From assembly GCA_013378385.1 (NCBI GenBank), contig JACAFS010000017.1, positions 1 through 19,046 of the forward strand: 19,046 bases of DNA, in the 5' to 3' direction. Position 1 is the first letter of the stretch, and the number at the start of each line of letters is the position of its first letter. Both the position numbers and the translations under genes were made by a program. Shown here piece after piece: positions 1 to 7,110 of the stretch. The notes beneath the pieces are model-generated. The model saw nothing but the letters and a program-made list of their open reading frames with translations, was not told the DNA's origin and did no database searches. The DNA is from Nitrososphaerota archaeon. GTDB taxonomy: Archaea; Thermoproteota; Nitrososphaeria; Nitrososphaerales; UBA57.

Positions 1-106
1 AAATATTTTTATATATATAATACAAGAATTATAAGATTCTATAGAATAAATTTCGTTAAATAAATGATGTTAATATAATTTAATATCAACATCAAGAATT
101 AAGAGT

Positions 107-1414
107 TTATTTTAGATCCCATTCTGCATTGATTTCTTTAACTACACCAGCGGCTATGGTTGTACCCATATCTCTTAGTGCGAATCGTCCCATTTGTGGG
201 TATTCAGTAAATGTCTCAAGACATAATGGTCTTAATGGTTGAATCTTTACAATTGCAGCATCTCCAGTTTTTAGCGCTTTAGGTTTTTCTTCTAAAACAC
301 CTCCAGTTCGTGCATCGAGTTTAGAAACTAATTCTGTTATAGTTGCAGCAGCTTGTGAAGTATGCGCATGTATAACAGGGGTATAGCCAGGGGCTATAGC
401 AGTAGGATGATGTACAACAATGATCTGTGCAGTAAATTCTTTAACAACTTTAGGTGGGTCATCAATCGGACCAATTACATCACCACGACGAATGTCCTTT
501 TTATCAACGCCACGAAGGTTGAATCCAATATTATCACCTGCAGAGGCTTGTTGCATCTCAACATGATGAGATTCAATAGATTTTACTTCAGCAGTTGCGT
601 TACTAGGCATGATAATGACCTTTTCTCCTACTTTGAATGTGCCAGTTTCGACTCTTCCGACTGGAACAGTTCCAACACCAGTAATAGAATAGACATCCTG
701 AAGTGGAAGTCTCAATGGTTTATCAACAGGGGGCGCTTCTACTTCGAAATCATCAAATGCTTGGTAAATAGTTTTACCGTCATACCAGTCAAGATTATCG
801 CCCTTATTGATGAGGTTATCGCCCTTCCATCCTGAAACAGGGATAATAGGAACCTTTGAGAGATCCCAACCAACGCCTTTTAATAATTTTTCAACTTCAA
901 CCTTTACTTCTTCATATCTTTCCTTTTTATAACCGACTTCGTTGGCATCCATTTTATTAACGGCAACAATCATTTGTTTTACGCCTAAAGTTTTGAGTAA
1001 GAAACAGTGTTCTCTAGATTGTCCGCCAGGTGCAATAGCAATTTCTGTTTCTCCGGGTTTACCAGAAACACAAAGAACAGCGGCATCTGCTTCAGAAGCG
1101 CCAGTAATCATGTTTTTAATAAAATCTCTGTGTCCAGGTGCATCAATAAGAGTGAAATCAAATTTTGGAGTTTCAAATTTCTTGAATGCTAAGTCAATAG
1201 TAACACCACGTTCTCGTTCGTCTTTCAGATTATCCATAACCCATGCGTACTTGAATGTATCACCTTTACCTGTTTTTTCAGATTCTTCTGCAAATTTGTC
1301 AATAGTTCGTTCATCAATGACTTTGAGGTCAACAAGAAGGTGACCAATTATAGTAGATTTACCTTGGTCTACGTGACCTGCTACAATTAAATTAAGATGG
1401 GGTTTGTCTGCCAA
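107..1414 (-). CDS. tuf: Translation elongation factor 1-alpha (aEF-1A)
   Basis: 435-aa ORF with GTPase motifs GHVDQGKST, DAPGHRDF and NKMD, and elongation factor signatures DVYSITGVGTVPVGRVETG and GDNIGFNLRGV. The initiation codon read at 1414..1412 is TTG. Confidence 0.98.
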   Translation of the reverse strand: MADKPHLNLIVAGHVDQGKSTIIGHLLVDLKVIDERTIDKFAEESEKTGKGDTFKYAWVMDNLKDERERGVTIDLAFKKFETPKFDFTLIDAPGHRDFIKNMITGASEADAAVLCVSGKPGETEIAIAPGGQSREHCFLLKTLGVKQMIVAVNKMDANEVGYKKERYEEVKVEVEKLLKGVGWDLSKVPIIPVSGWKGDNLINKGDNLDWYDGKTIYQAFDDFEVEAPPVDKPLRLPLQDVYSITGVGTVPVGRVETGTFKVGEKVIIMPSNATAEVKSIESHHVEMQQASAGDNIGFNLRGVDKKDIRRGDVIGPIDDPPKVVKEFTAQIIVVHHPTAIAPGYTPVIHAHTSQAAATITELVSKLDARTGGVLEEKPKALKTGDAAIVKIQPLRPLCLETFTEYPQMGRFALRDMGTTIAAGVVKEINAEWDLK

Positions 1415-1441
1415 TATTAATACCTAATGATTCAGTGATAT

Positions 1442-1460
1442 CTTTTATATATATATATTT
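1442..1460 (-). promoter_or_regulatory. Probable TATA box of the EF-1A promoter
   Basis: Minus strand reads AAATATATATATATAAAAG about 30-45 nt upstream of the TTG start, the spacing expected for a near-leaderless archaeal mRNA. Confidence 0.55.
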
Positions 1461-1520
1461 TCTAATTCGAATAGATTTATAGAAAGTGAATAATTTTTTC
1501 AAAATCAAATTATAGTTAAT

Positions 1521-1525
1521 AAAAA
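1521..1525 (-). terminator. Oligo-T tract downstream of the tRNA-Tyr 3' CCA
   Basis: Minus strand reads ...GGGACCA-TTTTT-ATT. Oligo-T tracts are typical archaeal terminators. Confidence 0.45.
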
Positions 1526-1542
1526 TGGTCCCGCGGGTCGGA

Positions 1543-1563
1543 CTTTCATGGATTTTTATCCAA
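1543..1563 (-). other. tRNA-Tyr intron 4 (21 nt, T-loop, position 59/60)
   Basis: UUGGAUAAAAAUCCAUGAAAG. Central helix UUCA:UGAA, bulges AA^U and AG^U, inner hairpin UGGAU-AAAA-AUCCA, outer helix GUCGG:CCGAC. Removal restores T-loop UUCAAAU and T-stem. Confidence 0.9.
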
Positions 1564-1569
1564 TTTGAA

Positions 1570-1588
1570 TTCGTCGAGCATAAGCCCT
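1570..1588 (-). other. tRNA-Tyr intron 3 (19 nt, T-arm, position 53/54)
   Basis: AGGGCUUAUGCUCGACGAA. Central helix CGUC:GACG, bulges GG^A and AA^U, inner hairpin GGGC-UUAU-GCUC. Removal joins GUCGG to UUCAAAU. Confidence 0.87.
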
Positions 1589-1604
1589 CCGACGACAGTC
1601 CGGT

Positions 1605-1649
1605 TCCTGTGTTGCTTGGCAAACTGTTCGGATAAGCCAAGGCTTAACC
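1605..1649 (-). other. tRNA-Tyr intron 2 (45 nt, canonical position 37/38)
   Basis: Begins GGUUAAGCC and ends CACAGGA. BHB motif: outer helix CCGG:CCGG, central helix CUGU:ACAG, 3-nt bulges AG^G and GA^A, inner helix GUU:AAC. Removal gives anticodon loop CUGUAGA. Confidence 0.92.
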
Positions 1650-1664
1650 CTACAGCCGGAAGCT

Positions 1665-1677
1665 TTTGGCAATATTT
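1665..1677 (-). other. tRNA-Tyr intron 1 (13 nt, D-stem, position 22/23)
   Basis: AAAUAUUGCCAAA between G22 and A23. Potential relaxed splice motif: central helix UGGU:GCCA (one wobble pair), bulges AG^A and AA^A, terminal loop AAUAUU. Removal restores the D-stem GCUC:GAGC. Confidence 0.78.
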
Positions 1678-1793
1678 CTACCAAGCTGAGCTACCGCGGG
1701 CCTGCGGAAAATCATAAGATAATACCGCGGGTCGCGAGACCGAAATAATAGAGTACAGAAAAGAATAAAAAACTACCGCAGCGCTACATAATT

Positions 1794-2099
1794 ATGGACG
1801 AAAGCTATAAAAAATTAGATTCTGATGAGATAGAATTAGGATTATCAAAGATAAGTAACTGGAAACTAGATAATGATCGTATTAGAAAAACATTCGAATT
1901 TAAGAACTTTGGAGATGCATTCGCATTTATGACCAGAATGGCAATTGAGATAGAAAGAATGAATCACCATCCAGAGTGGTTTAATGTATATAATAAGATC
2001 AATGTAGAACTTACAACCCATGATGTTGGAGGAATAAGTAATTTTGATTTTAAATTAGCAAAGATTATGGACGATTTTGAGAAAATTTTTCTAGATTAA
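1794..2099 (+). CDS. Pterin-4-alpha-carbinolamine dehydratase family protein
   Basis: 101 aa; typical PCD core [49 protein letters not shown]. Confidence 0.9.
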   Translation: MDESYKKLDSDEIELGLSKISNWKLDNDRIRKTFEFKNFGDAFAFMTRMAIEIERMNHHPEWFNVYNKINVELTTHDVGGISNFDFKLAKIMDDFEKIFLD

Positions 2100-2101
2100 A
2101 A

Positions 2102-2323
2102 ATGAATGAAGAAGAAATAATAAAAAAAGCGACCGAATATGTAAATCTTTTTGGATATATACAATGGAATGAACTAAAAACAATTAATTTTGATAATGAT
2201 TCATCGACATGGATAGTAGGTTTTTCTGCAAAACAAAATGATACAAATGATATATTTTCATATACATTAGAGATTAATGAAGTATCCGGAGATATTTCAA
2301 ATATGCAAATGATAGATGATTAA
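2102..2323 (+). CDS. Hypothetical protein, small acidic, possibly PepSY-like fold
   Basis: 73-aa ORF starting at ATG 2 nt after the PCD stop codon, so probably co-transcribed. Family assignment is weak. Confidence 0.6.
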   Translation: MNEEEIIKKATEYVNLFGYIQWNELKTINFDNDSSTWIVGFSAKQNDTNDIFSYTLEINEVSGDISNMQMIDD

Positions 2324-2386
2324 TTTCTAAAATGGTAATATCCAAAAGATATAAGTATTCATAATTATTCTATTATATTGTTTAAA

Positions 2387-2887
2387 ATGGGCAAAGTATC
2401 TAGAACTATAATGATGGAAGCACCTGTAGAAGATGTTTTCATGTACTATGCAAGACCAGAGCATGTAGCAGGTCATTTTCCAAAAGAGTCAAAAATGAAA
2501 GTTATTCCTATCAAGATTACAGAAGGATGGGGAGTTGGAACGGTAATGCGAATCATAGGTGAATTTGGTGGTAGAACAATGCAATGGGACAGTATAACAT
2601 GTCAAGTAACTAAGAATAAGAAAATTGTGTCAAAAGCATTAAATGGGCCATTCAAAAAGAATGTAATTACAGTAAACTTTGAGGAAATAAATGATACAAC
2701 TAAGGTAACATTTGAAGCAGATTACATACTTCCAAATTTCATAATTGGAATAATTATCGATAGAATGCATGTAAGAAAGCAAGTCATTAACGGAATGGAT
2801 TCAAGTTTACAGGAAGTAAAGAAATCAGTAGAAGAAAAACACAAAGAAACTGTTAAAGAAGAAATAACAGTAGAATCAAAGAACTAA
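2387..2887 (+). CDS. SRPBCC/START-like (polyketide cyclase/CoxG-type) protein
   Basis: Starts MGKVSRTIMMEAPVEDVFMYYARPEHVAGHFP..., typical of the SRPBCC superfamily. The tracked ORF begins at TTG 2378 but an ATG lies at 2387. Confidence 0.75.
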   Translation: MGKVSRTIMMEAPVEDVFMYYARPEHVAGHFPKESKMKVIPIKITEGWGVGTVMRIIGEFGGRTMQWDSITCQVTKNKKIVSKALNGPFKKNVITVNFEEINDTTKVTFEADYILPNFIIGIIIDRMHVRKQVINGMDSSLQEVKKSVEEKHKETVKEEITVESKN

Positions 2888-3804
2888 AAAATAGGAAACC
2901 TAAATAAAACATCCAAGATCAATGCAATAAATATTATCGCAAGATATGGACTAGAAAATTTGAATGCAGTAAGAGCGATTTTTTTGTCGGCAGGGTTCTT
3001 AAGTAATTTTACATTACTATATAATAATAAAATTCCGAATATAACAGAAATTACAAGATAAACATAACCAAATCCCAATAAGACAAAGACCAATGAAAAT
3101 GGAATTAACAAAAGAGTATTGATTATAGTGTAACGTGCAGCTTTTACTTTACCTACAACAACAGGTAGCATAGGAATACCTGCTTCTGTATAATCGTCGT
3201 CTTTCAATAATGCCAATGCCCAGAAATGTGAAGGAGTCCAGATAAAAACTAAAGATCCCATAAGAATAGCAATAAGGTTAAGTTCTCCAGTGATAGCAGT
3301 CCACCCTGCAAATGCAGCGGCGCTACCTGCAAAGCCTCCAATTACAATATTCCAAGTAGTCCTTCGTTTTAGCCATATCGTGTAAATAAATACATAGAAG
3401 AATGAACCTAATAGGATCATTCCTGTAGTTAATAAATTAAGAAAGACAGTAGAAACAATTGCTGCGATTGTAATCATAATAATTCCATAAGCCAGAGTAA
3501 TATTAGGTGAAAGCTGACCAGTTGCACTAGCGCGTTTTTTAGTTCTTTCCATCTTAATGTCAATATCACGATCTACATAACAATTCAATGCAGCAGAGCC
3601 GGCAGAAGAAAGAGTGCCTGCAATAAGAAGTCCAGCCACTATAGTGAAACTAATAGGATTAGTAACGTAATTTGGGTCAAGATATGCAATTAATAATGCA
3701 GAAATAGCCACAAAATCAAGAAGGTAGATTATTGAAGGTTTAGAGACTTCTATAAGATGAGATACTAGATTTCTATAATTTATTGGAATTGAATTAGATG
3801 ACAT
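2884..3804 (-). CDS. ctaB: Protoheme IX farnesyltransferase (haem O synthase)
   Basis: 306-aa UbiA-type multi-TM protein with SAALNCYVDRDIDIKMERTKKR and a second Asp-rich loop KDDDYTEAGIPMLPVVVG. Lies in an oxidase locus. Confidence 0.95.
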   Translation of the reverse strand: MSSNSIPINYRNLVSHLIEVSKPSIIYLLDFVAISALLIAYLDPNYVTNPISFTIVAGLLIAGTLSSAGSAALNCYVDRDIDIKMERTKKRASATGQLSPNITLAYGIIMITIAAIVSTVFLNLLTTGMILLGSFFYVFIYTIWLKRRTTWNIVIGGFAGSAAAFAGWTAITGELNLIAILMGSLVFIWTPSHFWALALLKDDDYTEAGIPMLPVVVGKVKAARYTIINTLLLIPFSLVFVLLGFGYVYLVISVIFGILLLYSNVKLLKNPADKKIALTAFKFSSPYLAIIFIALILDVLFRFPIF

Positions 3805-3814
3805 TCGGGGTATT

Positions 3815-3985
3815 TCACTCTGATGGAATTACAAAGAATGATTGCCATAAAAGATAAGCAATTCCAAGAACTAAGAAAACAACAGATAATGTAACAATTA
3901 ATTTTTTAGTTCCTTGGTCATTGTGCTGTTCAGAACCTGACAACATTACAAATATGTTAAGAACAAGATTGATTATGTCAAACAT
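3815..3985 (-). CDS. Small single-TM membrane protein (56 aa), not in the ORF track
   Basis: My translation: MFDIINLVLNIFVMLSGSEQHNDQGTKKLIVTLSVVFLVLGIAYLLWQSFFVIPSE*. Has an ATG start and a hydrophobic C-terminal half, immediately upstream of ctaB on the same strand. Confidence 0.65.
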   Translation of the reverse strand: MFDIINLVLNIFVMLSGSEQHNDQGTKKLIVTLSVVFLVLGIAYLLWQSFFVIPSE

Positions 3986-4023
3986 ATGATTTTTACCTAT
4001 TTTCCAATTATTAAATCCTTTGA

Positions 4024-4698
4024 TTATTTAGGTGTAGAAGTGAAGAAAGTTTTTAGAATCATAAGTATACATATTAAATCAATTCCGACCATCATAAATA
4101 TCATCCAAAATCCAGATGTCATTTGTACGGAGAGAGGGTATGTTTGATAAATCTGAGAATTTCCACTGGCTAGAAAGAAACCTAAAACCCCCATTGTTTT
4201 ATCAATAGATAATATGAAGATGAGTGACTGAATACGTGAAATCATCTTAAAGCTAGAATAGAGGAATATTCCAGAGAGGATTATACTAAAGTGCATTGTC
4301 ATATGTGAATTGAGATCAACAACGGCAGTATCAAAATTAGAGGGAATATGCCAGTAAAATAATGATATGAGAAATAGTAATCCCGTAATCATACCAAATG
4401 GATTAAATCGATTATTAAGTACAAGATACTTAGAATAATATTGTAAGATTTGTCTTTGGTAATTTGATGAACTATATTTGAATGATTTAATTACAGAATC
4501 AGTACCTGATGCAAAAAGAAAACCAGTTGAAAGATATAATATATGTTCAATCATGATATGAAAAAACAGATTCTGTACTTCGTAACGTTCTAATGTTGGA
4601 GAGGTTAATAATAAGATGAATGCATTTCCAAGAATAATTTGCAGCAGGCCATCTTGAAATAGATTTTTTGGATTATTTCGGTTTTTAAGATATTGCAT
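4024..4698 (-). CDS. Multi-TM membrane protein resembling DUF1404/CtaG-like assembly factors
   Basis: 224 aa, several TM segments, with membrane-embedded histidines (FFHIMIEHILYLSTGFLF and LNSHMTMHFSIILSGIFLY) and placement between oxidase assembly genes. Confidence 0.55.
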   Translation of the reverse strand: MQYLKNRNNPKNLFQDGLLQIILGNAFILLLTSPTLERYEVQNLFFHIMIEHILYLSTGFLFASGTDSVIKSFKYSSSNYQRQILQYYSKYLVLNNRFNPFGMITGLLFLISLFYWHIPSNFDTAVVDLNSHMTMHFSIILSGIFLYSSFKMISRIQSLIFILSIDKTMGVLGFFLASGNSQIYQTYPLSVQMTSGFWMIFMMVGIDLICILMILKTFFTSTPK

Positions 4699-4711
4699 AT
4701 TTCATTATCAA

Positions 4712-5137
4712 TTATGTTCGCAATGATAATAAAGCAGTAATTACAGAGAAACCAAACAAGGCGGTAGATACAGCTAAGTGAATAGTGACGATTGCAGGGT
4801 CAAGAATTGAAGTCACTGTAAGCATTCCAATATAGGCCTGGATGGTTACTAAAACGAGAGTTATTCCAGATGTAGTAACAAGATATGTAGTATCTCGATA
4901 TGAACGATAAGCGACTATAAATGTACCAAGTATAAGAAAACCAACAACCATTGCAAGATAACGATGAGTCATTTCAATCAATACAGAAGTAGTAAGATTA
5001 GGAAGAAATTCTCCGAAACATAAAGGCCAATCAGGGCAAGCCATACCAGAACCACTCTGTGTAGTAATTCCGCCAACAACAATTAAGATGTAGATACCTA
5101 TAGCAGATGACACTGAAAGAGTCTTTAATGGATTCAT
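4712..5137 (-). CDS. ctaA: Half-length haem A synthase (compact archaeal CtaA/COX15)
   Basis: 141 aa, about four TM helices, with the CtaA signature GGITTQSGSGMACPDWPLCFGEFLP...EMTHRYLAMVVG and a second histidine in VTIHLAVST. Confidence 0.88.
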   Translation of the reverse strand: MNPLKTLSVSSAIGIYILIVVGGITTQSGSGMACPDWPLCFGEFLPNLTTSVLIEMTHRYLAMVVGFLILGTFIVAYRSYRDTTYLVTTSGITLVLVTIQAYIGMLTVTSILDPAIVTIHLAVSTALFGFSVITALLSLRT

Positions 5138-5140
5138 CGA

Positions 5141-6676
5141 CTACTGATCAGGCCATTCTTTCAAACCGTAGTCGGCGAGTTTCCATGGATCTTCTTGATT
5201 TTCAACAAGAGGGCCTCGATACCAACTATTCAAGATATTATACAAGAATACAAGTGCGCCAAATGCAATTAAAATAGCGCCAAATGATGCAGCCACATTA
5301 AGATTGAAGAATTCTGGAAGATATTGATAATATCTTCTAGGTGCTCCAGCGAGTCCCAAGAATAACATGGCAGTGAATAACGTATACATTCCTACAGTAG
5401 TCAAAGCAAAATGAAGTTGTCCTAGTGTTTCACTGTATTTTCGACCAGTCATATATGGGAAGTAATAATAAATTCCTGCAAAAACAGCTTGAGCTGAGAC
5501 TCCAAACAGAACATAATGCAGATGACTTACTACATAATATGTATCTTGAAGTTGATAGTCTAACGGAATGTTAGCAAGGAAAACGCCTTCAACTCCCTGA
5601 ATAATAAAACTAAGAATAAAGCTTAGACTGAAAAGCATAGGAGTGCTGAGCTTAAGCTTGCCGCCATACAGTGTAGCAACCCAGTTAAAGATTTTTACGC
5701 CGGACGGTATAGCAATAGCCATAGTCATAAACATAAACGGTACACGTGCAGTAATAGACAATCCACTAGTCCACATATGATGTGCCCATACACCAAAACC
5801 TAAGAATCCAATCAATGCAGTAGAAACTGCAATAGAGCTATAGCCAAATATTCTTTGTCTTGACATACTTGGTAAGATTTGCGATATTAGACCCATTCCT
5901 GGTAAAACCATGATATATACCGCAGGATGTGAATAGAACCAGAATAGATGTTGCCACATTATAGGATCTCCGCCAAGAGCAGGGTTAAAGAATCCTGTTC
6001 CAAGATTTCTATCCAATAGCAATAAAGTCAAAGCCATGGCGAGAACTGGTGTAGCAAGAACTTGTAAGAAAGAAGTAGTCAGCTGTGTCCAGACCAGCAA
6101 AGGCATGTTTCTATAGGTAACATTAGGAGCCCTCATCTTCATGATTGTAACTATAAAATTAAGACCTCCAATAATCGACGATGTTCCTAACAAGTGAAGA
6201 CCAAGGATAGTCATATCCATACCCCAACCAGCTGCATAAACAGACAATGGAGCATAAGCAGTCCATCCTACATTAGGCATACCTGCCCAAATAAGAAAAC
6301 CTGCAGGAGGCAGCATCCAGAAACCTAATGCGTTAAGTTTTGGGAAATACATATCTTTAGCTCCAATATATTTTGGAACGAGATAGTTTCCGAAACCTGC
6401 CCAAGCAGGAATTACAAACAGAAATATCATACTAACGCCATGAATTGTAAATAAACTCGAATATGCCTCAGGAGCTATTGAACCTCCACGAGTTAGACCA
6501 TATCTAACAAGTAATGAAGCAAAACCTCCCATAAAGAAAAAGAACATAGAGAACACCAAATACATTATGCCAATGTCGGTGTGATGAGTAGTAGTTAGAA
6601 TAGTCTTCCAACTAGAATAGAAATTCTTATGTTCTTGTTGTGCAGTTGCTTCTTTCTTAGCTTCTTTAATTTCCAT
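5141..6676 (-). CDS. coxA: Haem-copper oxidase subunit I, A2-type
   Basis: 511 aa; WQHLFWFYSHPAVYIMVLPGMG, WAHHMWTSGL, IPSGVKIFNW and VVSHLHYVLFG are subunit I metal-ligand and channel motifs. YSHPAVY is the A2 variant. Confidence 0.98.
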   Translation of the reverse strand: MEIKEAKKEATAQQEHKNFYSSWKTILTTTHHTDIGIMYLVFSMFFFFMGGFASLLVRYGLTRGGSIAPEAYSSLFTIHGVSMIFLFVIPAWAGFGNYLVPKYIGAKDMYFPKLNALGFWMLPPAGFLIWAGMPNVGWTAYAPLSVYAAGWGMDMTILGLHLLGTSSIIGGLNFIVTIMKMRAPNVTYRNMPLLVWTQLTTSFLQVLATPVLAMALTLLLLDRNLGTGFFNPALGGDPIMWQHLFWFYSHPAVYIMVLPGMGLISQILPSMSRQRIFGYSSIAVSTALIGFLGFGVWAHHMWTSGLSITARVPFMFMTMAIAIPSGVKIFNWVATLYGGKLKLSTPMLFSLSFILSFIIQGVEGVFLANIPLDYQLQDTYYVVSHLHYVLFGVSAQAVFAGIYYYFPYMTGRKYSETLGQLHFALTTVGMYTLFTAMLFLGLAGAPRRYYQYLPEFFNLNVAASFGAILIAFGALVFLYNILNSWYRGPLVENQEDPWKLADYGLKEWPDQ

Positions 6677-6682
6677 CTTTCA

Positions 6683-7108
6683 TCATTCCTCAATAATTAA
6701 CTTAGTTCTCATACCACCATGATAAGCGCCGCAGAATTCTGCGCATTGAATCCAATACTCGCCAGGAGTTTCAGCACTAATTATCTGAATTCTAGTTTTA
6801 CCAGGTATTATATCAACTTTAAATCCCATTTCTCGAACGTAGAAACTGTGAATAACATCTTCACTTTCTAGTTCCAGTCTAACTATATCACCTTGTTTAA
6901 TTTTTAGTTCGCCAGATTCTGTTCCATCAGGATAAATGAATTTCCAATACCATTGACCTGATTCAACTTTGACAATATAATCAGGATCTCCATAATAATC
7001 AGGGTTATCTAATGCGTCTAAAACAGGAAGAGCTAATGCGCCCAATCCAAATAACAGAACAGTAGCTCCTATAATTGTTATCCATTCTAATTTTTCTAAT
7101 GTATTCAT
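6683..7108 (-). CDS. coxB: Cytochrome c oxidase subunit II with CuA site
   Basis: 141 aa; ESGQWYWKF, DVIHSFYV and CAEFCGAYHGGM give a complete set of CuA ligands (H, C, E, C, H, M). Only one predicted N-terminal TM. Confidence 0.96.
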   Translation of the reverse strand: MNTLEKLEWITIIGATVLLFGLGALALPVLDALDNPDYYGDPDYIVKVESGQWYWKFIYPDGTESGELKIKQGDIVRLELESEDVIHSFYVREMGFKVDIIPGKTRIQIISAETPGEYWIQCAEFCGAYHGGMRTKLIIEE

Positions 7109-7110
7109 GA

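Larger units (their letters stand above)
1526..1700 (-). tRNA. tRNA-Tyr(GUA) gene interrupted by four introns, 3' CCA encoded
   Basis: Read on the minus strand and with four insertions removed, it gives CCCGCGG UA GCUC AGCUUGGUA GAGC U UCCGG CUGUAGA CCGGA CUGUC GUCGG UUCAAAU CCGAC CCGCGGG A CCA. All stems are perfect: acceptor 7/7, D 4/4, anticodon 5/5, T 5/5. Anticodon is GUA, and the C1:G72 pair is the archaeal tRNA-Tyr identity element. Exon segments: 1700-1678, 1664-1650, 1604-1589, 1569-1564, 1542-1526. Confidence 0.93.

Noticed and set aside
362-1343. Plus-strand ORFs 362..835, 942..1343 and 1007..1192
   Set aside because: All lie antisense to the conserved EF-1A gene and are shadow ORFs of its codon structure.
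1392-1640. 82-aa minus-strand ORF
   Set aside because: Overlaps the EF-1A start and the tRNA-Tyr gene; its sequence has no protein-like features.
1526-1700. The GC-rich region as RNase P RNA, SRP RNA or another structured ncRNA (it contains GAAAGUCCGAC)
   Set aside because: The GAAAGUCC string is at the 3' end rather than the 5' end as in RNase P, the length is too short, and the whole region is explained as an intron-rich tRNA-Tyr.
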